This document shows, piece by piece, positions 1-11,069 of a DNA stretch of 64,000 nt. How positions within the stretch are numbered: position 1 is the first letter of the stretch; each line of letters starts with the position of its first letter. Below the pieces are notes generated by a model. The model did not search any database. It saw nothing but the letters and a program-made list of their open reading frames with translations, and was not told the origin of the DNA. The position numbers were made by a program, and so were the translations under genes. The stretch comes from Podarcis cretensis. Taxonomy: Eukaryota. The DNA lies in NCBI GenBank assembly GCA_951804945.1, contig OX638159.1, positions 38,130,001-38,194,000 on the forward strand, written 5' to 3'.

Positions 1-445
1 GCTATTAGTATTTTTTAAAAGTATTTAAGGCATGCACTAGGTTCACATTTTCAATATTTCTTTTGTAACTATAACAACTGAAGTGTTCTCTAAGTAAAAC
101 CAAATAGCAGTTTCTTATTTTCAAGAAACTCCAGACAAAGCAACATGAAATTCTGCATTTTAACAGAAAGTTGCCCGATTTCTAAAAGGCTTTATTTTGT
201 ATTTCAGAGCAGATTGAACACCTGAGGTGGTTACAAGGAAGATAAGAAAACTGACAGGGGCAAAGATATTATAATATTCACTGGGTATACTTAAAAGCTT
301 TTCTCTAAGTTTTTCAACAACTATTCTTAAAGCTGCAGTGCCAGAAGACTTATAGGTAATAAAGGTAATGGGTTGCAATGACAAATAAAAAACAACAACT
401 GACCATTTCTAGCAGCTATTTAAATTAATGCACCAGTATATAATT

Positions 446-447
446 AA

Positions 448-486
<39 letters not shown>

Positions 487-488
487 AT
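446..488. repeat. (AAAT)n microsatellite
   Basis: About 10-11 perfect AAAT units. Confidence 0.95.
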
Positions 489-2197
489 TCAGATTAAAAT
501 ATAAATACCAAATGCCACTCATGATACTTGCAAGTCAATTACTTTATAAGGAAAAGAGCGAGAGGAGATATAATCCACATGCAACACTGGTCCTGGTTTT
601 CCTCCATATTTATAACATCTTCCTTCTAACTGAAGAATTTTCATATTGAATTTTTTATCCGATGGAAGCTTCCACAGAGCAGTAACATATATCTCACACC
701 ACACATAAACATTAATTTTTTCTCATTGTTGAGGGTAAGCTTTGTGTTTGTACTCTGTGTTCTTGAGCTAGTACGTAACACCAAACTACAGCTATAGCTT
801 CAAGTAACCTCACCTCAGCCAGGAAAATTATGCATATACTGTATAAGTGTCTTGGCAATTGTCTTTCCTAAATGTTACCTGCTAGGACGCCCTTCTAGAA
901 TCTTAGTTTGGGCGGGGGAGGACAGAGAGACTCCAGAATACACACAGGAGGAAGGATATAAGGGTTTCTGCATATTGTACTGAGGCCAAAATGCCCAAGG
1001 ATGTTAGGCCCCCAAGACACAAAACATGTCCTAGGGGGAACTGTCTGTAATGTAAGGTAGAAGCAGCTATCCTATGGAATATCTAGGATGTACTGTTGTA
1101 GGGTAGATGGGAGCATTTATCATTTGATTTCCATTATCATTCATGAGCTTGTGAAATAGAAATATTTTGCTGTAACAGTTTTAGTAGAAACATGTGCTCA
1201 GTAGGAAAAATCCAACCTGTGCAGTTTAGTCATTGGTATCTAATATCTTACACTGAACATATTGCACCCCAGATACATACACACCACAGTGTAAATTGAT
1301 GCATGCCATGTGTGCATGTTTTTCATGTCATCCCACACAAAGTTGTCCTCATCCAAGTTGCAGCCCACATGTTCCCCCCATTTAATTCAGTTTTTCTCCA
1401 TCCATGGATAATGTGGTAAGAAAAGTATCAAAGATAACACCACATGTTACTCAGCTTTCGACACACTGAAGCATATTGTGTAGGTGGTTTGTTTTTTTTA
1501 ACTTCTGTGGTAATGTTTTCCCATCTATCACCACACCCTCTACTTCCACTGGTGCAGCACACACATTTAAAAATTTATTTTTAATCCACAGTTTTATTCA
1601 AGTCTGTTTTGGGAAAGTCTGGTATTTTGGAAAGTTTGTATCTCTCTCTTTTATGTCCATGTGCACAGGTAAATGAACACACATGTGCATGCCCCAAAAT
1701 GGACCCCAGGTTTCTGGAATTCAGGAAGGTAGGCAGGTACTAACTGAGGGGAGTAAACAACAACACACAGGGGGCTACATTCCATCAATAACTGCCACTA
1801 ATGTGGACTGGAAAAACTGAGACAGAGTTCAATTGAAAGCAGTCATTTTTGGAGAAATATGCACAAAAGCAAAGTGAGAAACAGCCACTAGCTGTTGTGT
1901 GAGACAAAGCAAGGACATAGTATCTTTAGTACTTCCTTGCTTTTGCTTGGCAGCCATGCACAGCCTAGGCAGATAGGATTAAGTCCCCAGTCTTCCTTGC
2001 AGGCGTCCCTGTGCCACCATGCTTCTCTCAGGATTCCCTGCCCTCTAACCCTGGCAAGCTTTTTGGGGAAAGAAATAGCTATCGAGGGCAAGAAATAACA
2101 ATTTGAGACCAGGAACCCTTAAGTTGCCTTTTCTTTTTCCAGCTTCCACAGCACAGCTTTCCTCAACATCCCCACCCACCCACTTTGCTTAGATTTA

Positions 2198-2541
2198 AAA
2201 GGACCCCTGACCATTAGGTCCAGTCGTGACCGACTCTGGGGTTGCGGCGCTCATCTCGCTTTATTGGCTAAGGGAGCCGGCATACAGCTTCCGGGTCATG
2301 TGGCCAGCGTGACTAAGCCGCTTCTGGCGAACCAGAGCAGCGCACGGAAACGCCATTTACCTTCTCGCCAGAGCGGTACCTATTTATCTACTTGCACTTT
2401 GACGTGCTTTCGAACTGCTAGGTTGGCAGGAGCAGGGACTGAGCAACGGGAGCTCACCCCGTTGTGGGGATTCGAACCGCTGACCTTCTGATCGGCAAGT
2501 CCTAGGCTCTGTGGTTTAACCCACAGCGCCACCCACATCCC
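2198..2541 (-). mobile_element. Sauria SINE, near full length
   Basis: The reverse strand reads GGGATGTGGGTGGCGCTGTGG (A box)...GGTTCGAATCC (B box)...GGTCAGGGGTCC tail. 15-bp TSD CTTTGCTTAGATTTA at 2183-2197 and 2542-2556. Confidence 0.92.
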
Positions 2542-3299
2542 CTTTGCTTAGATTTACCCTCCTCTATGATCCTCACTGCCCAAAATCCTCTCTGCCCTCC
2601 TCCCTAGCTCCTCAGTTGCCCTAGATTGGAGATAAGAATGCAACTGCACACTGCAGCCAGTTGCCAGTCTAGGAAATAATCCTGCTGTCCTTCCCCTGGT
2701 CCCTACAGTTTCTTACAGTACTGTATTCTAGAAAAGTCGCTATCTGAATCCTGAATAGGAGTACTCCTGCTAGATGCAATGATGCATAGCAGCATTTTGC
2801 TGCAGGTCTCTTTTGGTGCAGCATGAAAGTTAAAACCCAAGCTTAGGTATTTGCAATTAGGTTAACAGGGGCATGAAATCATCTTCTTACAAAGGGTCAC
2901 CGATTGACCCATGGGGGAAAAACAGTGCATGCACATGTCTTCTATGATGAGTGAAGCCAGAACCAAAAGTGGGCTGAACTTGCAATACTGAAGGGCTGTA
3001 TGCAAGCTCGCTCTGCCGCTCACCCAGTGTTGGTGCTATCCCAACCTTAAGACCATATAAATTACTGCTACTTAGGCTGCATACACACTCCCACAGAAGC
3101 CCCACAGAATCTATTACAGAGCATTATTCAACATACCAGTAACTATTGTCAAACCAGGTACAGGACTGTGAAACAGTTTGCATGCAACTAAGCACCTGTG
3201 TTTCCCAAACTGCAAAGTAAAATGGATTAATGAAGCCCATCTGCAAAGAACTTAGTAGCATTCAGAATCCAATCTGAACAGAGACCAGAACAAACGCAC

Positions 3300-3392
3300 C
3301 TGTGAGGGTGTACTTGTTAATTCCATCTTTTCTTGGGATTTTTCCTTAGCTAGTCGTGCAGCTTCTTTAAATTCCTGAAATTTTTCTGCAAA
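3300..3392 (-). CDS. HOMER1: HOMER1 exon 4 (93 bp): FAEKFQEFKEAARLAKEKSQEKMELTSTPSQ
   Basis: Acceptor gcctttag|TTTGCA, donor CACAG|gtgcgt; phase 0-0; the peptide matches Homer1. Confidence 0.97.
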
Positions 3393-3794
3393 CTAAAGGC
3401 AAAGATTATATAATTATACACTGTATATAGCATAGCTTTGCTAAGCAGAACATACTCTATATAATAAATCAGGATAGAGAAAAACATTTGCACTCCAATA
3501 ATCAACAGGGGTTTATAGAGAATCTGAAGAGACCGTTCTTGAAATATCATGTTCTAGTGGTGGTGGTCACAAAGAATCTGTCTTCTGTTTGTCCTTCTAT
3601 CTGCAAAAATACAATGTGGAACAGCTATTCAGATTGCTAAGCCAGGTTGCTACCTCTCAAAAATGTCCAGAGCCATATCCTTTCAAAAACTGTCATCTAG
3701 CCTGTAGCCAAAAGTCAGTTATGCAATGAAACGTTTGGTATAACAGTTAACCATTTAGAGCCTGCAGTATCAGGGAAGAGGACCTTTAGGTATA

Positions 3795-4093
3795 CAGTGG
3801 TGCCTTGCAAGACGAAATTAATCCGTTCCGCGAGTCTCTTCGTCTTGCGGTTTTTTCGTCTTGCGAAGCACGGCTATTAGCGGCTTAGCGGCTATTAGCG
3901 GCTTAGCGGCTATTAATGGCTTAGCGGCTATTAACGGCTTAGCGGCTTTAAGAAAAAGAACTCGCAAGACGTTTCATCTTGTGAAGCAAGCCCATAGGAA
4001 AATTCGTCTTGCGAAGCACCTCAAAAAAAGGAAAACTCTTTCGTCTAGCGAGTTTTTCATCTTGCGAGGCATTCGTCTTGCGGGGCACCACAG
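3795..4093. mobile_element. Tc1/mariner (Tigger/pogo-like) MITE with internal 18-bp tandem repeat
   Basis: TA|CAGTGGTGCCTTGCAAGACGAA ... TTCGTCTTGCGGGGCACCACAG|TA terminal inverted repeats with TA TSD; four units of CGGCTATTAGCGGCTTAG (two with substitutions) at 3871-3942. Confidence 0.85.
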
Positions 4094-4554
4094 TACTTGA
4101 ATGCTCTTGCTTCTTTACCCACTGACTGGCTGGGTTTCTACTGAAGTAAAGCAAGGACTGCTGAAATTGCCATGGCTGAATATTCCTGCCTAGAGATTGA
4201 TAAGGAAACTGTTGCTGTTCTGATCCTACTATATTTTTCTACAGTACTAGTCACCATTAATTTTCAGAATACAGCTTGCTAGCCTTTTTTTCCCCCAGCA
4301 AGAGGCTCTGTGGGTTTTTTCTAATCCTGTGTAAGTAATCAATTTTAAATGGCATTTTACTTCAGATGATATGAATCATCAGTTCTTTAGGTAGGAGCCA
4401 AAGGCTCCTCTCCTCCCCTGGAGAAAGGCTCTCTCTATCAGTGGATGAGAACCTTTGAATTCAGACATTATGAATAGTAAATCAGAGAAGAATTCTCCTA
4501 GTGTACAGGGTCTGGCATATGTTCCTCTGTTACACTTGCTGATGTCTCTACCTG

Positions 4555-4614
4555 CAGAGTGGCTGGGGAAACCCAGCCAGATGGGCGGGGTATAAATAAT
4601 AAATTATTATTATT
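4555..4614 (+). mobile_element. 3' end of a LINE (L2/CR1 clade-like); related copies at ~42930-42980 (-) and ~53590-53668 (+)
   Basis: Shared CAGAGTGGCTGGGGAAACCCAGCCAGATGGGCGGGGTATAAATAA plus a (TTA/TTG)n-type tail, present three times in the window. Confidence 0.7.
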
Positions 4615-5195
4615 GACATTGGTTCTCATACGTAAGTCACACTCTGAGCTGGGGAGCATATAGGAGGACAGATTCCCAAGGGCCAGTGGAGAAATTTGAG
4701 AGGAAAGATGACAAGCTTTCCCTTATTTTCTTTAATTCCTTGTTGCATATAAACCTCTGGTTTACTTGACCATTTTATCACCAAGAATTGTCCCCACATG
4801 TGTGCAGGCATCTATATTTGAAAAATAATCCTTTTGTAATTTGCCAAGAAGCCATTTTTGTCCCCAATCTAACTGGCTTACACTTGCTTTTACATTTGTT
4901 TAATTTTCACTACTCAAGCACCTGTCTGGTTCCACAGAACTATCTGTTTCAGCAATTCTGACAAGTAGGCAGCACAACCATTTCCAAATTCAATGCTTTC
5001 TTCAGATACCATGCACAAAACCACATGTACCCCACTATATACTTCTCTGTAGAACAGCTGCATGCTGTAACAATTCAAAAGAATGTGCAAGAAGTCAATG
5101 TTCCCTGGGCTACATCTGTTCAAATACTCTGCTCCATATACAGGATACTCTCAAAAACCTACTTTCCCCACACAGAAACTAATAGCTCTATGGAT

Positions 5196-5397
5196 AGATC
5201 ATAGCTTAGTAGGGAACATGCTTTGCATCTAGAAGGTCTTGGATACAATCCCTTGGCATCTTTAGTTGAAATGGTCAGGTAACGGGAGATGAGAAAGGCC
5301 TATGCTTGAGGCCCTGGAAGTCACAGACAGAGCAGACTATATTGAGCTAGATGGCAAACAATATGATCTAGTATAAATGCAGCTCCCTGTATTCCTA
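5196..5397 (+). mobile_element. Degraded Squam3-like tRNA-derived SINE
   Basis: tRNA-like head (ATAGCTTAGT..CATGCTTTGCATCTAGAAGGTC..CAATCCC) and tail ...TGAGCTAGATGG...GCAGCTCCCTGTATTCCT, resembling the recalled squamate Squam3 consensus. Confidence 0.55.
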
Positions 5398-6587
5398 GAG
5401 CTCAAGCTACACTATAGCACTATTGGGGTTAAACCCTGACTTATTAAGTGCCCACTGCCAAATCTCTCTTGCACCAAAGACAGCTCTGTTACCATGGCCA
5501 CTGTAGGTTCTCAGCTGGAAGGGGGAGTGTGAACTGTGGGACTGGGCAAATGTTCACTAGAATAGTCAAGTACGGTTTTAATAGGGTGTCCTCCATTTGA
5601 GATCCCATACCACTTTAAAAGTGAATGTAAACCCTTCTAACAAGATTATATGGAGAGCTGAGGAAGACAATATCAGTGCTCTGACCATGTAGCTCACTAT
5701 TTGCCTCTTCTCCAGCTTGGGTCTTACCATCATAAAATGAAAGCAAGCCAACCAAAGCAGAAATCATGAATTATGGTCCTCAGTGCCGCTGGTTTGGTCA
5801 ATTCAAGGAAACCACTCATTGGCCAATGTAACTTGTACTGACTCCAACCCAACACATAAGGTTCACCTTCTCCATCAGGTTATATAACTGTAAGACTGGA
5901 TGAGAGCAGTCTCAACCCAAAACAGGTAATGCACACGGAGAAGTGCTGCCAAGTCCAATCCTGAACAAAGTTTAAGGACTTTGAATGTTGAGTGGGTTTT
6001 GGTCATTTGGCAAACAACATGATGACACTCACCCCATTCCATGTAAAGAAACTAAGCAGAATGGCAGTTGTATCTTGGTTTGACTCTAGTGATGGGTCAA
6101 GCATCTTCCACTGCCCATGAGGGCAGCAAGCTCATTTATGGGCTTCAGGGCAGGCCCATGCAAATCCAATGTCTTGCTGCTACTTCCTGCACCACCCAGC
6201 ACTTGCTACCTAAGGCAGCTGCCTCACTCTGCCTAACAAGAAGCCCAGGATTAGTTTTGGTATCAAGGGTTCTGCAAATTCATGATTGATGGCTTTAGTA
6301 GTTTTAGTAACTTTTTATAGGCTAAAAAAAATCTATTTCAGCCTTTGGCATAGTAAAATATTAAAAGGGCAAAAGAATAAATTTGAGAATTAATGTTTAT
6401 ATGGCATTATTCTTCCCAAACCTGCAATTATTTTGCTTTTGCTGTTATGAATTGGAGGAATATAGTGGCAACTTATGGTTTCCTTGATGAGTCTTCCTCC
6501 AGGGCAGGGGTAGGGAGGCATCTTTGCAGACACACACTAGCCAACACTTCAAGACCATGTTGAGATATTACCTTGCCTTTTACTTAC

Positions 6588-6719
6588 TTTTGAGAGATGG
6601 TGTTCAGAGGAAAATCCCAAGCCATAAACAGTATTTGCTCTGCTATCTGCCCACTGACCAAACTTCTGTGATGTTTTAGTGAATGTCATGTTGGGAGTGA
6701 TGGTGCTGTTTATTATTGC
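6588..6719 (-). CDS. HOMER1: HOMER1 exon 3 (132 bp): [44 protein letters not shown]
   Basis: Acceptor ttttttgcag|GCAATA, donor TCAAAA|gtaagt; phase 0-0; EVH1 core. Confidence 0.98.
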
Positions 6720-8293
6720 CTGCAAAAAAGAAAAGAAGAAGTTATGAAATAACAAAATAATATACTCATAAAGCTTCCCTTAACGTCATGGGCCAGGAGT
6801 CAGCTTCGCATGTTGAACAGCAACCTGAAGAGGGAGAAGGTGGAATTTTGTTAGTGATTAACATATCAGTGTAGATCCAGCTATGGATTCCAGTTCCTGC
6901 TTGCTCTCAGAGTAATTGTAAAGAGGGCAGAATGGAAGACTCAAAATTTGAGAATGATGCTAGACCCACTTTTGGAAAACTGGAGAGAGCTGTGCTCACC
7001 CTCGGGTTTTTTGCCTTGCATGCTGCGCTTTTTCTGTTGTTATCCTAGCCTTTAATTAAAATTTAATTAAAAAACGGGGACACCTTCATCCACAGCCCTG
7101 CCCACCCCTTTGTTAAATGGGTGTAATAATGACAGAATCTTTCCCCCCATAGGATTAACAGAGATAAAATGTGGGAGGTGAAAAGCTATGCAACCATTCC
7201 CCAGAGGAGTTTTTTCAGAGATAGGCTAACAGCAGCAACTGAAAGAGGCAGAGCAAGCTACCTTTTTTTCTACCCAAACTCCCCTGAACTCGCTATCCTG
7301 GGGATATTCTCTTAGGAACCTTTTCTCATTACAGTTATTTGCTGACAGGTCTCTAGCCTTACTCCAGGTTATTGCTAGTTAGACTTGGAAGCAGCTAGAT
7401 CTGCAGTGGACACATCACTCTATTCCCTTACAAGTCCCTAAATAGCCAGAGACTTTGGAAAAATCAAAGCCTGTACCTCTGAAGCAGGTAAATGTTTATA
7501 TCCAGATGGCATTCAGAAAACTAGAAAATGGAAAATGTTAAAAATTTAGAAAGGCACAATCAAGTGCACTCTTTTTATTTACAATGAAGACTGCAATCAA
7601 TTCCAAGTACAGCTTTTAGAAAGTGCACTAATGAGTAAGCCATTGTGTCACCCTTAAAAATCGTGATTAAGGCTTTTATGTATGGTTGAGACCAATCCTC
7701 TTGAAAGAGTCTTCACTCTCTATTAGCCTGTTGTATGACAGCATCACTACACTAAAAATGTTGGAGATATTGAAGTCATAGAATTACAAACCCATCAGGT
7801 TTGACAGATAGCACCTCCTTAAAATTAGGAAGCTAGCACAGGATTGGCAGAAACACATCTGGTGCAGCACAATCGTGTTCATGTCTACTCAGAAGTAATT
7901 TCCATTAAATTCAACAAGGCTTGCTCCCAGTTAATTGGGCACAAGATTATAGCCTTTAAATAATAAAAAAAACACCTGCTGAGGTGGCAGAAACAGTCAT
8001 CAGATAAGATTCAGAGAGCATGTTATTGCTTAATTCACATGGCGAGGTTTGCTATTAGCAGCCTTCCTGAAAAAGCTTACTGGGATTATCATTGTTTTAA
8101 GAGACTGAACAGGCAATCAGGAATGTTGTGCTTCCCTTCAACAATTGCTGTAACATCAAAGCACCATGTGCAACTGTGTGTAGAAAGGGAGGAGTTTGTA
8201 TTGGAAGGTTTGTTTCTTCTGCTGGTATGCACCAAAAAGGCATTGTTAAGAGGGGCTTTGAAACATGCTGCATTAGTTTTAAAAATGGCTATA

Positions 8294-8519
8294 CAGTGGT
8301 ACCTCAGGTTAAGTACTTAATTCGTTCCGGAGATCCGTTCTTAACCTGAAAGTGTTCTTAACCTGAAGCACCACTTTAGCTAATGGGGCCTCCTGCTGCA
8401 GCCGCGCCGCCACTACACGATTTCTGTTCTCAACCTAAAGCAAAGTTCTTAACCTGAGGTAATATTTCTGGGTTAGCGGAGTCTGTAACCTGAAGCGTAT
8501 GTAACCCGAGGTACCACTG
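8294..8519 (+). mobile_element. Tc1/mariner (Tigger-like) MITE, family A, copy 1
   Basis: TA|CAGTGGTACCTCAGGTTA ... TAACCCGAGGTACCACTG|TA; sister copies at 16032-16246 and 47679-47900. Confidence 0.9.
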
Positions 8520-10307
8520 TATAGAGGAGTGAAACTGTACATTCCACAGAAAATCTGTAATTCAGTTTTCCAAAACACAGTTTTCCTTACAATTTAAAGC
8601 AACCACAGGAAAACTCCAAATTGGATCAAAGCTTGTGGGACTGAGTGAGGGTCACTTAAACTGTCTCATCACATAGCAGCCACTAGCTCCAAAGGAAGAA
8701 AAAGTTGCAGCACCTCCCCCCTCTGCTGGGCTAATAGCAGCTTTGGGTAGTAAGATCAGGATAGAGTTAAATAGTCCCACATCTTCAACTTTGAGCTCTC
8801 CTACAGTTGTTTGAAATGTTGAGTGATTCAATCCACAGATCTTATGCATCACATGAAGTTCTGTAATGTGCTCTTGTATGTGACTCTTTGGATGAAACTG
8901 TTGCGCAAAAGTCAAGAACAAGATAGCAATAATACTCCACATTTAATTTATTTCAGAAGTCTAGGTTAACGAAACCTAGTTAGCAAGTAGGTGCCATAAA
9001 CTCTATTCTGTGTTTTTCAGGTTTTTCAAAAAATATGCTATCTATGCACTTTGTTCTAGTAAACTACTGATCAGAAACTGGAGAAGGTTCATTTTAAAGC
9101 AATAATTAGCTCTGAATTTAGATCAGGGCCATGGGAAGTTTGACACCTGTAGTCAGATCAGTTCCTGAATCCAAAGGTCATCTTCCCTGGGATTAGAAAT
9201 TGAGACTTACCACAGCAGCTTGAAATCTGCCACTCAGCAAAACTGGAGAAAGAAATACTCATTCAAACCTCAGTAACTTTAAATTGCGGCTCATTCCAAG
9301 GAATAGGTTTTCAAAAGATACAAATGACGCTGAAGCCAATGAAATCCTAATTAAAATGCCTAGGTCAAAGGTTCATATTTTTTGCATTGGCGGCAGCTGC
9401 CTTTCATCCAGATGAGGAATTGGTACCATATAGTTGTCGAAAAATGAAGGAATATTTTAGCTTTCTACATTTAAATCATCCAGTTGGTGGTGCTAGATAA
9501 TTGTGCAAACTGAATCCTTACATGAAACACTGCATGTTTATTCTGATGTCTGCAAGAGTCCACTACAGCATGAATGAAACTGAATGGCAGTGGAAATATT
9601 ATCAGAAGTTTACTTTGTGCCTTAACCAACAGGATACAATAGAAAAATTACATGGTCTTTTATTGTTTGAAATAAATCATACAGCATCCATATCTGCTTT
9701 GCATATTGACATCAACTAGTTTGCTTAATGAATTAGCAGACTGATTTACTCCAAGAATACAAACTGCTCATAATACTGGAGGCCAGGCAGCTGGAGTTTC
9801 TAAGTGGCTGATCATGAAATCAGCACATCTTTAGGCACCCCAGCCCCAACAATTATAGGGCAATTAGCAAAATGCCATTTTTTTAAAAGAAAAAAACTTT
9901 TTCCACCACAGAGCAAACAATGCAGATGTTTTAATAGTATTCTATTGTCTCTCCTGCTATCAAAATTTAGATTGTGAACTCCTTTGGGGCAGGGACCTCC
10001 ATTTTTCTTTTGCTTATGTTACACCATGAACTTGGGTGACATAATCTGTATTTTCTGCACAAGTATGCAGGAAGTTGGCCTTTTCCTTGAAGCTTTTTTT
10101 TTTTTAACTCTAGTCAGGAAGGATGAGTTTTGGATAATGTAATCTAAACACATTGATGAACCAATTTACCTAAGATAAAATATATTTGAACCATGTCAGG
10201 ATTTTAAGAAGATTCAGAGGGAGAGAAAATGCCAGTTGGAATAATCAAGCTGTTGATTTCCAAATAGTAATTTAGACTTGAAATCTTCACATTCAATATT
10301 ATCAGCA

Positions 10308-10334
10308 TATCTATCTATCTATCTATCTATCTAC
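10308..10334. repeat. (TATC)n microsatellite
   Basis: Tandem TATC units. Confidence 0.85.
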
Positions 10335-10384
10335 CTACTTATTTAACATATATCCTGCCGTTTCTCCCAATGGAGCCCAGGGTA

Positions 10385-10421
10385 AAAGGTAAAGGTAAAG
10401 GTAAAGGGACCCCTGACCATT
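10385..10421 (-). mobile_element. 5'-truncated Sauria SINE (tail only)
   Basis: (AAAGGT)n AAAGGGACCCCTGACCATT is the reverse complement of the SINE 3' end; 5-bp TSD GGGTA at 10380-10384 and 10422-10426. Confidence 0.85.
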
Positions 10422-10912
10422 GGGTAGCAATCAAATTTTAGTAAATGGATCAACTGTTGAACAGATTGATTAAATGAAACATTAGAACATTCCTCAATAT
10501 GCAGTGTTATGTTTAGTACAGACGTTTTGACATTCTGGCACACAGGGAAAATAAGACTAGATTTTCTGGTGGAAAATGGATTTCTACATTAATATTAATA
10601 AAAAAATAAAACTACTCAACATAATATCTGCCATATTACTTAGGACTAAAGATATATACTCCAAGCAGAATTCCTTTTAGCCTTTTTCCTCCTTTACAGT
10701 GAATTGAGAGACAGAGAAGTCAAGGAAACAAGAAGTCCCCAAACAGGATTCTCGACAAACTTCAAACATTAATAAAGAATTATATTGTATGTTAAGTTCC
10801 AAGAGTGATGTTCTCATTTTGCATCACTTTTCAGTAACGTTAAAAGGGGGGGGGGGAGACACACAGATTAAATGTAGAAGTTTACCTGAGTTTAAACTGT
10901 CAGATAGCTTAC

Positions 10913-11069
10913 CTTTGAGCCATCCAAGCTGATTATCCTATAGACATTTCTTGTGCTGTCATAGAAGTAGGACACAGTAACAGCATGCTTGCTGGTGGGA
11001 ACCCAGTTCTTCTTCGTGTTAGGGTCAATCTGGAAGACATGAGCTCGGGTGCTGTAGATGGGTTGCTCC
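10913..11069 (-). CDS. HOMER1: HOMER1 exon 2 (157 bp): (G)[52 protein letters not shown]
   Basis: Acceptor ctgcccttcag|GGAGCA, donor CAAAG|gtaagc; phase 2-0, which fits the 5-nt exon 1 CDS. Confidence 0.98.

Noticed and set aside
446-488. AATAAA array as an intronic poly(A) site generating a Homer1a-like short form
   Set aside because: The AATAAA motifs are on the plus strand, antisense to HOMER1, and Homer1a/Ania-3 arise in intron 5, which is outside this window.
1-3299. HOMER1 exon 5
   Set aside because: No match to the expected ESAGGDLQSPLTPESINGTDDE-like peptide was seen on the minus strand; it is presumably further left.
3871-3948. 18-bp direct repeats resembling a CRISPR array or a (SGLAAI)n protein
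   Set aside because: No spacers, eukaryotic context, and it lies inside a MITE; it is a minisatellite.
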